IMG/VR virus record: IMGVR_UViG_3300037311_000008
Span: 1-42,669 of that record
Reading direction: 5' to 3' (one strand)
Length of the DNA stretch: 42,669 bases
DNA from: a virus
A program made the translations under genes and the position numbers. This document shows positions 7,518-17,939 of the stretch, piece by piece. The notes beneath the pieces are model-generated. The model ran no database searches. It was not told the origin of the DNA and saw only the letters and a program-made list of their open reading frames with translations. Position 1 is the first letter of the stretch, and each line of letters opens with the position of its first letter.

Positions 7518-10500
7518 GTACGAAGATTTATTGCTACAAGAGAAAGATCAATCTCTCAATCCTGCTGCTGCGCCAAAGGTCGCAGACGGTCCTTATGAGT
7601 CTGCTCTTCAGGAAGAGAGCGCAGGGCTGAAGTCGAACATCGCTCAGTCGATGGAATACGCTAGGGAGAAAGAGCCTACTCGAATGGAGAAGGCTTTGAA
7701 GATGGCTAAGGATGTCGGACTTGATGTCGGCACTGTTGAGAGAAACATGGAGACCATAGAGAAGAAGACGCGCTTTGCTGGCGTGGACTATGAGGCTATG
7801 GTTCGAGACACTCCTGGGGTCGCAAAGTTTATGGGAACTCCTGAGAATGCAGCTTTCGCTCAGAATGATATTGCATCAATGGGTCGCATTGAAAAAGCTG
7901 TCGGCTTTGTTCCAAAGCGCGACACTCCTAAGCCTATGGTCCAGTTTGGCGGAGAGATGGCTCAGGCTGGCGAGACTGGCTGGAACAATTTAAAATCAAG
8001 CATGGCTGGGCTTATGATCGCCTTTGGAAAAGGTGATAGGGATATGATTGTCGCTCAGGCTGAGATGAATAAAAGAGCCAAAGAGCTGTCTGATAAAAGA
8101 CCTGACTACTCGAAAGAGTTCAATGCTGTCATGGCCGAAGAAGGCGGAGATGTTAATAAGGCGTGGAATAAATTTAAGAACGGATTTACTCAATGGTCTG
8201 AAGGAAAGAAGCTTGAGGCTTTAAAGTCGATTGTTGTCGGAGATGTGGAAATGGTCGCAGAAGGTCTTGACCTTCTTCGCCACGCAGTCACTCGACCTAG
8301 AGGATTGACTTATTCAATTTCTGAGAACGCAGTGAATGCAGCTCCTTCTATCGGTCTTGGCGCAGCAGGCGTTCTGACTGGACCCTATGCCGTAGTAGCG
8401 ACCCCTGCTGGCGCGTTCGCTGGCAGTGCTGTCAGTGAGGTCGGTTCTGTTATCAACTCGGCCTTTGAACAGCGCGGCGTTGATATCACTGACCCAGATC
8501 AGCTTGAGGCTGCTTATAAAGACCCAGACCTAATGAAAGAAGTACGCGCTCAAGCCTTGAGAAAGGGTTTAACCACAGCAGCAGTCGATGGATTGTTCGC
8601 CGCTTTCGGCGGTCAGTTTGTTTCTAAAGCTGCAAAGGGTGCGAGTATTGCGAAGAAGACAACTGCCTTTGCTAAGGATGTGGCTGTCGAATCTGCTGGC
8701 GAAGTTGTCGGCGAGTTCTCAGGCCAGATCGCAGAACAGAAGGGCGATCTTTCTAAGGTCGATCTTGGTTCAGCCATTCAAGAAGGTATCACTTCCTTAG
8801 GTCAATCGACCATTCAGGCAGCGTCTTCAGCATCAGCCAAAAAAGCCTTTGCTGCTAGAAAGCTTTTTAATAAAGACCCGATGAAAGCAACAGATGAGCT
8901 TCTTCAAAAAACAGATCAGTCAATGGAGACTTTGCAGAATGCGGTCGCTCTTGATGAGATGGGAAAAGCCATCAAAGAAACAAAGAGTTTAAAGAATATT
9001 CCTGAAAAGATTTCTGAGCTTGTTGAAGCCGCGACTGGCGGTCAAGGCGCTGCCGCCGTTTACTTTCAGGCAGATGACTTTGATAGTTATTGGAATAAGA
9101 AGGGCGCGAACCCTTTAGAGAAAGCTGCTGAGATCATGGGAGATAACGGCAAGGCTTATCAAGAAGCGAAAGACGCTGGCGGCGTTATCGAAGTTCCGCT
9201 TGAGAAGTATGCGGCAAGCGTTGGTGTGACTGAAGACTTTGACGGCTTATTGCCAGTAACTCGCACAACTCCAGACGGAATGAGCCTTGAAGAAGCTAAG
9301 GAACACATGGCTTCTCTTCCGGGTTTAATGAAACAGATTGCAGAAGAAGCTACGCAAGTTAATCAAGAAGTGGCTCCTCAAGAGCAAGCCATTGAGCAGA
9401 AAGCTCGAGGGGTTAAAGATATAGTTCAAGAAAGGCTTGTTGCTGCTGGAAGACCTACACGCGAAGCCAAGTATGCGGCGGAGCTTGTTGAAAGATCATT
9501 TACAAATATCGGTCAGAGAATGGGATTCTCTCCTGAACAGTTCGTTGAGTTCGCAGACAAATATCTTCCTAAGATAAATCAGCCTACAAATGAAGAGCAA
9601 GTTCAAGAGCAGGAAGTCATGTTCAATCAATCAGTCAAGGCTCAATTCTATTCTAAGCTTGAATCAACTGTTGAGCAGAAGATGGGCGGAGCCGCAAGTT
9701 CTCAGCAGCTTGAAGGAATGCTCAGAGACATAAAGCCAGAAGAGATGAAGTGGTCTGGACTCGGTGACTTCTTAAAAACTAAAGAGAAATTTACAAAGCA
9801 GGAAGTTGTGGACTTCTTGCGAGCGAACGCTTTGAAGATTGAAGAAGTAACTAAAGGAGTTGAGACTCCTGCATTAACTGAGCAGGAGCAAGCGCGGCTT
9901 GATGAGCTTTACACTATAGATCAAGGAGACATGACCGACGCTCAAGTGAATGAAATGCTGATGCTTGAGAAGAAGCTTGATAGGGCTGCGCAGAATAAGC
10001 CGCGAACAAAATATGAAAAGTATAAACTTCCTGGCGGAGATAACTACAGAGAACTTCTCTTTACTCTCCCCCCAAGAGCTGTCACAACTGCCACGGCTGA
10101 AGAGATTGGCTCTATAGACACATGGGAGTTCAAAGAAAGAAAAGCTTTTAAACAGGCTCCAAAGCAAGAAGTTGAATCTAACGAAGAGTACGCAAAGGCG
10201 AAGAAGAAACTCGCGAAGGATGTTAAGAAGCAATATCCTGAGATGAAGCCGAAGGAAATCTCAAAGACTATTGATGATGTCATGGAGTCTTTCGAGATGA
10301 GAGAAGGCGAAGACATCTCTGGACTCGACACAACTCCAGAGCTAATGACTAAGTTTAAGGAGCTAAAGACTCTTTATAGATCACTTCGCAATCCATATCC
10401 AAACGAAAAGACTTATCGAAAAGATATTCGAGGAAGACGCTTTCTTTTAGTTGACACAGGTATTCCGCCGAAAGCTGGTCAAGAGTTCACTGGCGTTTAC

Positions 10501-13500
10501 TTTGGCGGAACACATAAGAATCCAAAGGGAATGCAGTTTAATACTGTCGAAGAAGCTCTCGCTTATCTTCCTGAAATGATTGCGGAAGAAGAAGCTAGAG
10601 ATAACTCAGAGAACTACAAGTCATCTCACTGGGATGAAACAAATGTTCTTGCTCATACTCGACTCACTGACCGAACAGATGCTGATGGAAACAAGGTTCT
10701 CCATATTGAAGAGATTCAATCTGACTGGCATCAAGATGGAAGAAAGAAGGGTTATCGCTCTGACTTAAAATCAAGCAAAGAAGAGATTGACCTACTTTCT
10801 GAAGAGATGAAATCTCTTGTCGAGAAATACAATCCTATGTCTCTCGACAATCCAGAGAGAAAGCCTCTAGTCGAAAAATATAAAGAACTCCAAAAAAGAA
10901 AGGGAGAGCTTGAAGAGATTGAATATAATAGTTCACGCGCAGTTCAAGATGCTCCATTCAGAAAGACGTGGCATGAGTTCGTCTTCAAGCGAATGGTTAT
11001 AGAAGCAGTAAACAAAGGCTATTCTAAAATCACATGGTCAACTGGCGAACAGAATGCAGCTTTATATTCATTGGAGAAGCAAGTCGATCATGTTGATGTT
11101 GTTTATAATAAAGACGGAACTTATGACGCTGAAGCAATGAAAGACGGCGACCCAGTTTCAAGTAAAGCGAACATCAAGCAGTCTGAACTAGAAGGATTGT
11201 TCGGAAAAGAACTTGCTCAAAAAATCATAGATAAAGAAGGCGAAGAAGACTCCGAAGGAACTTTTAGATATGAAGGCGATGATTTAAAAGTCGGCGGCGA
11301 AGGAATGAAAGGATTCTATGATAAGATTCTTGTAGACTTCGCCAATAAGTTCGGGAAGAAGTACGGCGCGAGAGTTGAAGAAATACAATTCGGAAAGCCA
11401 GATCAATTAAGAGTAACTCGCATGGGAGATAAGTACGCCATTGTCAACTCTGCTGGCAAAGTTCTTCATTCATACGGTTCAAGAGTAGCGGCTGCTGCTG
11501 CCTATGAAGAGTTATCTGGCGGCGGAGATTCAGTTAATTATTCGATGAAGGCTCATTCTCTTGAGATCACTCCAGCTCTAAGAGACGCAGCTTTAACTGA
11601 AGGCTTTGCTCTATATCAAGGCGGAGCAGACAATCCTCTAGGTCAAGTGAAGTTCGGGAAAGATGGAATCAACATTGATCTTCTTCGAGGAGCTAACCCT
11701 TCGACATTCATTCATGAGATGGGTCACGTCTATCTTGAAATGATGAAAGACCTTGCTGGAAAAGCAGAAGCTCCTGAACAAGTGAAAGAAGACTTTAAGA
11801 AGGTTCTAAATTTCCTTGGCGTTGATAGCGCAGAAAAGATCGGAGTCGAACAGCATGAGCTTTTCGCTCGCGGCTTTGAAGCATACTTGAGAGAAGGGAA
11901 AGCTCCAACAGAAGGATTGAGAAAAGCCTTTGCTAACTTTAAAGCATGGCTGATGACGGTTTATAAAACATTGACTCAGCTTCGAGTTGAACTGACTGAT
12001 GAAGTTCGCGGAGTCTTTGATAGACTTGTGGCTTCTGATGAAGAGATCGCCGAAGCTTTAAACCAAGTCACAGCAGACCTTGATCTTTCAAAGCTTGATG
12101 TTCCGACAAAGAAGCAAGAAGAACATCTTCAGGCTATCGCAGAATGGAAAGTCGCAGCCGAAGAGAATCTGACTCAGAAGTTGATGTCTGACTATGATCG
12201 CGCTCAGGCTTCTCAGTATAAAGAAAGAAGAAGCGTTGTTGAATCTCAAGTGGAGAAAGAAGCGAATCAGCTCATAGTCTACAAAGCTATTTCTCTGTTG
12301 AAAGACGGAACTCTTCCTGATGGGTCTCCGCTTCCGCAAGGAGTATCTTCATTCAAGCTTGAGCGATCTTCTATTGAGAACCTATTCTCGAAAGAAGTTG
12401 TGGCTCGCCTTCCATCAAGAACTGTTGCTCCATTAAAGTCTGGCGGCGGAGTTGATGTTAGAGTGGCAGCGTCTATGCTTGGCTTTGAAGACGCAGATCA
12501 GATGATTCAAGCTTTGTCGAACTCTATTCCGAAACAAGACTACATAAAAGCGCAGACCGATGAGCGCATGAAGAACGAATATCCTGACCTTTATGACGAT
12601 GACAGAGACCGTTTAAAAGCCGAGGCCATGAGTTATGTGCATGATGAGATGGGCGCGAAGGTCAAGAGAATGCAGCTTGAAATGATTGCAGAGAAAGCGA
12701 TGCCTGTTCTTAAAGAAGGAATCAGAAACGTAGCTCGCAGACTTCCATCAGATCGACAAGTCAAAGCTCAGGCCATGAAGATTGTTGGCTCTAAGCAAGT
12801 TCGAGATGTGAAGCCGATTGTATTTTTGAGAGCTGAAAGAAAAGCTGCGAAGGATGCTGGTATCGCTCTTGCTCGCGGAGACTTTGAAGCGGCTTATAAG
12901 TTTAAAGAGAAAGAGCTTTTCAACTTTGAGCTTTACAGAGCTTCAATCAATTTCAATAACGAATACAAGAAGCGTCTTCAGAAGGCGAAGAAGATATTCA
13001 AGTCTGATGAGAAGATGGCAAAGACTCATGACATGGATTTAATAAATGCCGCTCGCGCCATGTTCGCAGAGTATGGAATCGGGAAGCAAGGCAAGACTCC
13101 AGATGAGTTCCTAAGCAAGATGAGAAGCTATGACCCAGAGACCTATGAAATGATCTCAGGCTTGATCGAGTCTTCAATGGTTAAAGCTAACTCACTTGAG
13201 GAGATGAGTGTCGATGACTTCTTCGCCTTTACTGATGCGGCTTTCGCGGTCGTTGATCTTGCTAAGACTTCAATGGAACATATTGTTGATGGCAAGGCTT
13301 TAAACAGAGAAGATGTCATCAATGATCTTTCTAACACTCTTGGCGAGAAGACAAAATCATCTGAGCGCGTAGGCTTTGACCGCAAGGCTACAAAATGGGA
13401 AGAGACAAAGATGGCTCTTCTCGGGGTTAAGGCGCATCTCACTCGCGTTGAACAACTGACTGAAGCTCTCGGCGGAAACTTCAAGAAGATGTTCTATCAG

Positions 13501-15483
13501 CCAGTCTCTGATGCGATTGTCAATTATAAGATGAAAAGAAAAGAGAAGATTAGAAAGTGGAGAGACCTGACTCTTGAATACTCCAAAGAGCAGCCTGATG
13601 TGTTCAAAGAAAAGAATATAAAGGCGGAAGAGCTGGCTCGCACAGACGCTGATGGGGTCAAGAGATTCTACACATTCAAAACCAAAGGCGATCTTATTGG
13701 CGCACTTCTCCATGTTGGAAACGAGAGCAACAAGAAGAAGCTTCTCGCTGGTCGTAAATGGGGAACCATGAATGACGATGGAACTATCAACTCGCAAGCG
13801 TGGGATTCTTTTATCAAGAGAATGCACGACGAAGGAGTTCTTGTTAAAGCCGACTGGGATTATATACAGTCAGTCTGGGATTTAATGGAAGAGATGAAGC
13901 CAGATTCTCAGAAGGCTCATAAACAAATGTATGGATATTATTTCAGTGAGATCACAGCAGAGTCTGTCGTGACTCCGTTTGGAGCCTATCGCGGCGGCTA
14001 TGTTCCAGCAAAGGCTGACCCATTCTTATCTGAAGATGGCAGAATAAGAAACGACAAGGACGCTTTCGAGAAGCTCAATAACACATTCATGTTCCCGACA
14101 ACAGGGCGCGGCTTCACTAAGAAACGTGTTGAGCATTATGCTACGCCACTCTCGATTGATCTTAAGCTTGTTGGAAAGCACATCGACCAGTCGATGAGAT
14201 TTACATACATTGAACCAACAGTGAAATCTGTTGCTCGAATTGTTAATGACAAAGGCTTTAGAGAAACTATGTCTCTTTTTGATTCAACAATGGCTTCGGA
14301 AATTTTTATTCCTTGGCTTCAGAGAGCAGCACAGCAGAAGGTCACAACTCCAGGCTCATCTCGCGGTATGGATTTATTCTGGTCTCGCTTGAGAGCGAAT
14401 GCTGGAATGAATGCAATGTTTTTAAACGTGACGAACGCGCTCCAACAGTTCACAGGCTGGTCTATTTCTATGCTGAAGGTGTCGCCAAAGCATTTAAGAA
14501 GCGGCTTCTGGACCTATTTTAAATCTCCGAAAGCGTCGGCGAACATGGTCGCAGAGAAGTCTGCTTTCATGAAGAGCCGTCTTGATGGGGAGATGAATGA
14601 GTTAATGCAAGAAATGGATGAGCTTCTATCTGACCCGAACAAATATGACCAGTTTAAAGTCTTCGCTCAGAAGAACGCCTATATTCTGCAAAGCGGCTTT
14701 CAAAACTGTGTTGATGTGGTGACGTGGATTGGAGCCTATGACCAGTCAGTTTCACAGGGTATGGATGAGAAGACGGCAGTTCGAGAAGCTGATGCTGCTG
14801 TCAGAACAACACAAGGCTCATTGAATGCCGAGGATGTTTCTCGCTTTGAAGTCGGAACTCCGTTCTTTAGAGTGTTCTCAATGTTCTATTCATACTTTAA
14901 CAATCTCGCCAATACTCTTGCCACTGAAGGATATTATAAAGCGATCAGAGACATGGGCTTACGCAAGGGCGCAGGCAGAGCGATGTTCGTTTATATGTTT
15001 GGCTTCGCTATTCCTGCCGTGATGAGTGAAGTTATTGTGCGAGCTATGTCAGGAAAAGACTGGGATGAAGATGATGATGACGATGTTCTTGATGACTTCG
15101 CAGGCATCTTCTTTGGCTCTCAGTTTAGAACAGGAACGGCGCTTCTCCCTGTTGTCGGCACAACGGCTGCTCTGGTTTATAACCAGTTCGACGATGCTGT
15201 GTATAATGACAGACTATCAACATCTCCAGCCATCTCTTCTCTTGAGTCTGCCGTTGTTGGAAACGCGAAGACGGTTCAGGCAATTTTTGATGAAGATAAA
15301 GATGTCAGTCCTAAGAGAGCGACTAGAGACTTTTTAAGCGCCGTCGGACTCATGACAGGTATCCCAACAGGGCAGCTCGGAAAGACAACAGGTTACTTGA
15401 TAGACGTGTCTGAAGGGAAGGCTGAACCAGCAGGGCCAGTCGATGCAGTTCGAGGAGCAGTCACAGGGAAGTCGCCGCGATGA
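7504..15483 (+). CDS. Giant internal/ejected polyvalent protein (2,659 aa) with HEXXH zincin-like core and C-terminal membrane segments
   Basis: Uninterrupted 7,980-nt ORF in the T7 gp16-like position. HEMGH at nt 11713-11727 with downstream HELFARGFEAYLREGKAPT. Block HTRLTDRTDADGNKVLHIEEIQSDWHQDGRKKGY (EEIQSDWHQ at nt 10708-10734). Gly/Ala hydrophobic segments at about nt 8340-8640. Two hydrophobic helices flank DWDEDDDDDVLDDF at about nt 14960-15180. Confidence 0.85.
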   Translation: MSLNKYEDLLLQEKDQSLNPAAAPKVADGPYESALQEESAGLKSNIAQSMEYAREKEPTRMEKALKMAKDVGLDVGTVERNMETIEKKTRFAGVDYEAMVRDTPGVAKFMGTPENAAFAQNDIASMGRIEKAVGFVPKRDTPKPMVQFGGEMAQAGETGWNNLKSSMAGLMIAFGKGDRDMIVAQAEMNKRAKELSDKRPDYSKEFNAVMAEEGGDVNKAWNKFKNGFTQWSEGKKLEALKSIVVGDVEMVAEGLDLLRHAVTRPRGLTYSISENAVNAAPSIGLGAAGVLTGPYAVVATPAGAFAGSAVSEVGSVINSAFEQRGVDITDPDQLEAAYKDPDLMKEVRAQALRKGLTTAAVDGLFAAFGGQFVSKAAKGASIAKKTTAFAKDVAVESAGEVVGEFSGQIAEQKGDLSKVDLGSAIQEGITSLGQSTIQAASSASAKKAFAARKLFNKDPMKATDELLQKTDQSMETLQNAVALDEMGKAIKETKSLKNIPEKISELVEAATGGQGAAAVYFQADDFDSYWNKKGANPLEKAAEIMGDNGKAYQEAKDAGGVIEVPLEKYAASVGVTEDFDGLLPVTRTTPDGMSLEEAKEHMASLPGLMKQIAEEATQVNQEVAPQEQAIEQKARGVKDIVQERLVAAGRPTREAKYAAELVERSFTNIGQRMGFSPEQFVEFADKYLPKINQPTNEEQVQEQEVMFNQSVKAQFYSKLESTVEQKMGGAASSQQLEGMLRDIKPEEMKWSGLGDFLKTKEKFTKQEVVDFLRANALKIEEVTKGVETPALTEQEQARLDELYTIDQGDMTDAQVNEMLMLEKKLDRAAQNKPRTKYEKYKLPGGDNYRELLFTLPPRAVTTATAEEIGSIDTWEFKERKAFKQAPKQEVESNEEYAKAKKKLAKDVKKQYPEMKPKEISKTIDDVMESFEMREGEDISGLDTTPELMTKFKELKTLYRSLRNPYPNEKTYRKDIRGRRFLLVDTGIPPKAGQEFTGVYFGGTHKNPKGMQFNTVEEALAYLPEMIAEEEARDNSENYKSSHWDETNVLAHTRLTDRTDADGNKVLHIEEIQSDWHQDGRKKGYRSDLKSSKEEIDLLSEEMKSLVEKYNPMSLDNPERKPLVEKYKELQKRKGELEEIEYNSSRAVQDAPFRKTWHEFVFKRMVIEAVNKGYSKITWSTGEQNAALYSLEKQVDHVDVVYNKDGTYDAEAMKDGDPVSSKANIKQSELEGLFGKELAQKIIDKEGEEDSEGTFRYEGDDLKVGGEGMKGFYDKILVDFANKFGKKYGARVEEIQFGKPDQLRVTRMGDKYAIVNSAGKVLHSYGSRVAAAAAYEELSGGGDSVNYSMKAHSLEITPALRDAALTEGFALYQGGADNPLGQVKFGKDGINIDLLRGANPSTFIHEMGHVYLEMMKDLAGKAEAPEQVKEDFKKVLNFLGVDSAEKIGVEQHELFARGFEAYLREGKAPTEGLRKAFANFKAWLMTVYKTLTQLRVELTDEVRGVFDRLVASDEEIAEALNQVTADLDLSKLDVPTKKQEEHLQAIAEWKVAAEENLTQKLMSDYDRAQASQYKERRSVVESQVEKEANQLIVYKAISLLKDGTLPDGSPLPQGVSSFKLERSSIENLFSKEVVARLPSRTVAPLKSGGGVDVRVAASMLGFEDADQMIQALSNSIPKQDYIKAQTDERMKNEYPDLYDDDRDRLKAEAMSYVHDEMGAKVKRMQLEMIAEKAMPVLKEGIRNVARRLPSDRQVKAQAMKIVGSKQVRDVKPIVFLRAERKAAKDAGIALARGDFEAAYKFKEKELFNFELYRASINFNNEYKKRLQKAKKIFKSDEKMAKTHDMDLINAARAMFAEYGIGKQGKTPDEFLSKMRSYDPETYEMISGLIESSMVKANSLEEMSVDDFFAFTDAAFAVVDLAKTSMEHIVDGKALNREDVINDLSNTLGEKTKSSERVGFDRKATKWEETKMALLGVKAHLTRVEQLTEALGGNFKKMFYQPVSDAIVNYKMKRKEKIRKWRDLTLEYSKEQPDVFKEKNIKAEELARTDADGVKRFYTFKTKGDLIGALLHVGNESNKKKLLAGRKWGTMNDDGTINSQAWDSFIKRMHDEGVLVKADWDYIQSVWDLMEEMKPDSQKAHKQMYGYYFSEITAESVVTPFGAYRGGYVPAKADPFLSEDGRIRNDKDAFEKLNNTFMFPTTGRGFTKKRVEHYATPLSIDLKLVGKHIDQSMRFTYIEPTVKSVARIVNDKGFRETMSLFDSTMASEIFIPWLQRAAQQKVTTPGSSRGMDLFWSRLRANAGMNAMFLNVTNALQQFTGWSISMLKVSPKHLRSGFWTYFKSPKASANMVAEKSAFMKSRLDGEMNELMQEMDELLSDPNKYDQFKVFAQKNAYILQSGFQNCVDVVTWIGAYDQSVSQGMDEKTAVREADAAVRTTQGSLNAEDVSRFEVGTPFFRVFSMFYSYFNNLANTLATEGYYKAIRDMGLRKGAGRAMFVYMFGFAIPAVMSEVIVRAMSGKDWDEDDDDDVLDDFAGIFFGSQFRTGTALLPVVGTTAALVYNQFDDAVYNDRLSTSPAISSLESAVVGNAKTVQAIFDEDKDVSPKRATRDFLSAVGLMTGIPTGQLGKTTGYLIDVSEGKAEPAGPVDAVRGAVTGKSPR

Positions 15484-15538
15484 GCCAAGTGATGTATTTT
15501 AAAAGATTTACACTAAACTTTTTACACAAGGGGAAATT

Positions 15539-17068
15539 ATGTCAATAGCATTGAACGATAGAAGAAATGACTACACTGGCAACAACACGACAATTCAATT
15601 CTCTTATGACTATCGCATTCTTGCTGAAGACTATTTGAAGGTTGTTGTCACTGATCTTGATGGAGTCGAAACTGTTTTGACTCTCAATACAGACTACACT
15701 GTGGCAGGCGTAGGCTCTTTGTCTGGCGGCTACGTTGAACTTGTCGATGCTAACCAAGCGTGGCTTCACGCATCTCTTAATGGCTTGAAGACTGGTTATA
15801 CAATAACTATTAACGGTCAGACTCCAGTGACTCAAACGACCGACATTAGAAACCAAGGTCCTTACTATCCATCTCTTCATGAAGACGCGCTTGATAAACT
15901 AACCATGATTGCTCAAGAGCTTGTTGCTACTGTGAAACGCGCTCCGCTCTTTAGATATGCGACAGGCGTTGTTGATCGCGTGTTCCCGAACCCAGACCCA
16001 GGAAAAGCAATTATATGGGGTCCGACAGGACAGCTTGAGAACACAGAAGTTGATATCAATGCTATAGATCAGGCCGTTAGCGATACGACAGCAAGTGCTG
16101 CTGCTGCTCTAGCTTCTGAGACGGCTGCTGCCGCGAGCGAAACTGCCGCCGCCGCTAGTGCGTTGGCTGCCGATGCGAGCGCAGATGCTGCTGCTGTATC
16201 CGAAGCGAACGCTGCTGCTGCCGCTGCTGGCGGAAATATAATTAAATACGCAGACTATGGTTCTGTTTTGAATGCTGACCTGACTATTCCTAATACGTCG
16301 GCAACATATTCAATCATCCCAATAAACTCCCCTGCCGCATCAAGAACAATAACTCTTCCTCTTGCTAACACATATCCTAGAGGACGTGTGTTCTTTATTG
16401 TTGATGTTGGCGGAAACGCTGGCGGCTTCCCTATCACTGTTCAGAGATCAGGCTCAGACACAATAGAAGGTTCGACATCTGTTTCAATCAATGCCGCAAG
16501 AATGGGAAGAACATTCACCTCAAATGGAGTTGATGGATGGCTTGTTTCCACAATTAAACAGCAAGAAGTAGGCAGTGCTCAGCTTGCTGATAACGCCGTA
16601 ACTACTGCAAAGATTGGAGCTAACGCTGTCACTCAGGCAAAGAGAGCAGCTCTAGGTCAGCAAGTTAGTTCAAGCTCTGGTTCATTCTCAACTACAAGCA
16701 CAAGCTTAATAGATATCACTAACTTATCTGTGACCATAACAACAACTGGCCGTCCAGTTTATATATGCTTGGTGCCGTCATTGACCGCTGCAAGCAGAGT
16801 GGCTGCGAACAGATCGACAACAGCACTTGTCGCGCAGGCAGAAATAACATTTGTTCGAGATGCAACAACTGTATTTGTGTGCGACATGAGTATTGATGCT
16901 TCAAGTTTAAGTTCTACTTCTGCATATCTCTCAATGCCTACATCTATGTTTAGCCAGATAGATACGCCAGCAGCAGGAACATACGTTTACAAGGCTCGCA
17001 CTAGAGCTTTAACTACAAGCACAACTGTCTCTGTTACTGAGGCGCGTTTATTTGTTTACGAATTATAA
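15539..17068 (+). CDS. Tail fibre (T7 gp17-like position)
   Basis: 509 aa. An N-terminal domain is followed by an Ala-rich coiled segment SAAAALASETAAAASETAAAASALAADASADAAAVSEANAAAAAA (nt ~16090-16230) and a Ser/Thr-rich beta C-terminus. It follows the ejection proteins as in T7. Confidence 0.75.
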   Translation: MSIALNDRRNDYTGNNTTIQFSYDYRILAEDYLKVVVTDLDGVETVLTLNTDYTVAGVGSLSGGYVELVDANQAWLHASLNGLKTGYTITINGQTPVTQTTDIRNQGPYYPSLHEDALDKLTMIAQELVATVKRAPLFRYATGVVDRVFPNPDPGKAIIWGPTGQLENTEVDINAIDQAVSDTTASAAAALASETAAAASETAAAASALAADASADAAAVSEANAAAAAAGGNIIKYADYGSVLNADLTIPNTSATYSIIPINSPAASRTITLPLANTYPRGRVFFIVDVGGNAGGFPITVQRSGSDTIEGSTSVSINAARMGRTFTSNGVDGWLVSTIKQQEVGSAQLADNAVTTAKIGANAVTQAKRAALGQQVSSSSGSFSTTSTSLIDITNLSVTITTTGRPVYICLVPSLTAASRVAANRSTTALVAQAEITFVRDATTVFVCDMSIDASSLSSTSAYLSMPTSMFSQIDTPAAGTYVYKARTRALTTSTTVSVTEARLFVYEL

Positions 17069-17080
17069 AGGAGTCCACTG

Positions 17081-17383
17081 ATGTTAAGTGCATTTCTGCA
17101 ATGGTTATTCAGTTTCAAGTTCACACAGAACACAAGTGCGGCGGTCGTTGGAACTGCGATCACAGCCGCGCCACTTTTCGGAATCTTAGATAAAAAGATC
17201 ACAGATGAGATTCAACAAGTTAAGGTTGAGATAAGTCAGAAGGCGACTATTGTTTCTGTGCAACATCAAGATGAGGTTCTTCAGTTAGAAATAACTGATC
17301 TCATCAAAACATTAAACAAGATTGAAAAGAATCAAGAAATAACTAACAGTCAATTATGGCAGTTAGTAAACAAAGGGAGATAA
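17081..17383 (+). CDS. Single-TM coiled-coil protein, holin candidate
   Basis: 100 aa. Hydrophobic AAVVGTAITAAPLFGIL is followed by a heptad-like helix. It is the first gene of the lysis cluster, with RBS AAGGAG. Confidence 0.4.
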   Translation: MLSAFLQWLFSFKFTQNTSAAVVGTAITAAPLFGILDKKITDEIQQVKVEISQKATIVSVQHQDEVLQLEITDLIKTLNKIEKNQEITNSQLWQLVNKGR

Positions 17384-17385
17384 GT

Positions 17386-17601
17386 ATGGCACAAAAGCCG
17401 GACATTAAAAAAGCAGGACTAAAGATTCTCGAGAAGTCTTCTCTTGAAACTGTGGACCAGATCATTAAACCTTATGCTAAATACTACGCCGAAGAAAAGG
17501 GCGGCGCTGTTGGCGCAGTATTGGCTCCATTTATTGATGAGCTAACAGAGTACATCAAGAAGGAAGTTGTCGATAAGATCGACGGCGAAGATAACATCTA
17601 A
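17386..17601 (+). CDS. Hypothetical soluble protein (71 aa)
   Basis: Start moved to the ATG at 17386 (RBS AAGGGAGA at 17373-17380, just after the upstream stop) instead of the ORF-track start at 17356. Confidence 0.5.
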   Translation: MAQKPDIKKAGLKILEKSSLETVDQIIKPYAKYYAEEKGGAVGAVLAPFIDELTEYIKKEVVDKIDGEDNI

Positions 17602-17939
17602 TGAAGCACAAGCTGTTTACAGCGAAGCTCGGAGCCGCCAAGGTTGTTGCCTTGGCAGGACTTTCGTTCGGTCCTTTTAATTGGATTCTTTTTATTATTG
17701 CGGAACGAATCTTCAATGTCCTTGCCAATAACGGAATACAGCTCATCAATATGGGCCTGATTAACTGGGACACAGATCAAGACCAGAAGGCTTATGAGTC
17801 TGCGATAGAAGAAGCTTATGAGGCTTTAGAGAAGAAGAAGACTTTTACAAAGGAAGAACTCGATGCGATTGATAAAAAAGTTATTGCTGCTTTCGATAAG
17901 TTCGTTGTCTTTGATAAGCTGCGCGACGGAAATACCTGA
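17601..17939 (+). CDS. i-spanin candidate (N-terminal TM plus helical periplasmic domain); holin is an alternative
   Basis: 112 aa, TAATG-coupled start. TM AAKVVALAGLSFGPFNWILFIIA is followed by a charged helical region DQDQKAYESAIEEAYEALEKKK. Its 3' end carries the overlapping lipoprotein gene. Confidence 0.45.
   Translation: MKHKLFTAKLGAAKVVALAGLSFGPFNWILFIIAERIFNVLANNGIQLINMGLINWDTDQDQKAYESAIEEAYEALEKKKTFTKEELDAIDKKVIAAFDKFVVFDKLRDGNT

Noticed and set aside
7504-15483. Lytic transglycosylase domain, as in T7 gp16, inside the giant protein or the 560-aa protein.
   Set aside because: I could not find an SLT-type E-S ... GLMQ pattern by eye. This may need a profile search before it is excluded.
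17863-17939. Programmed frameshift joining 17601..17939 to 17863..18216.
   Set aside because: The downstream frame has its own AAGGAAG RBS, an ATG and a complete lipoprotein signal peptide. It is an independent overlapping gene.
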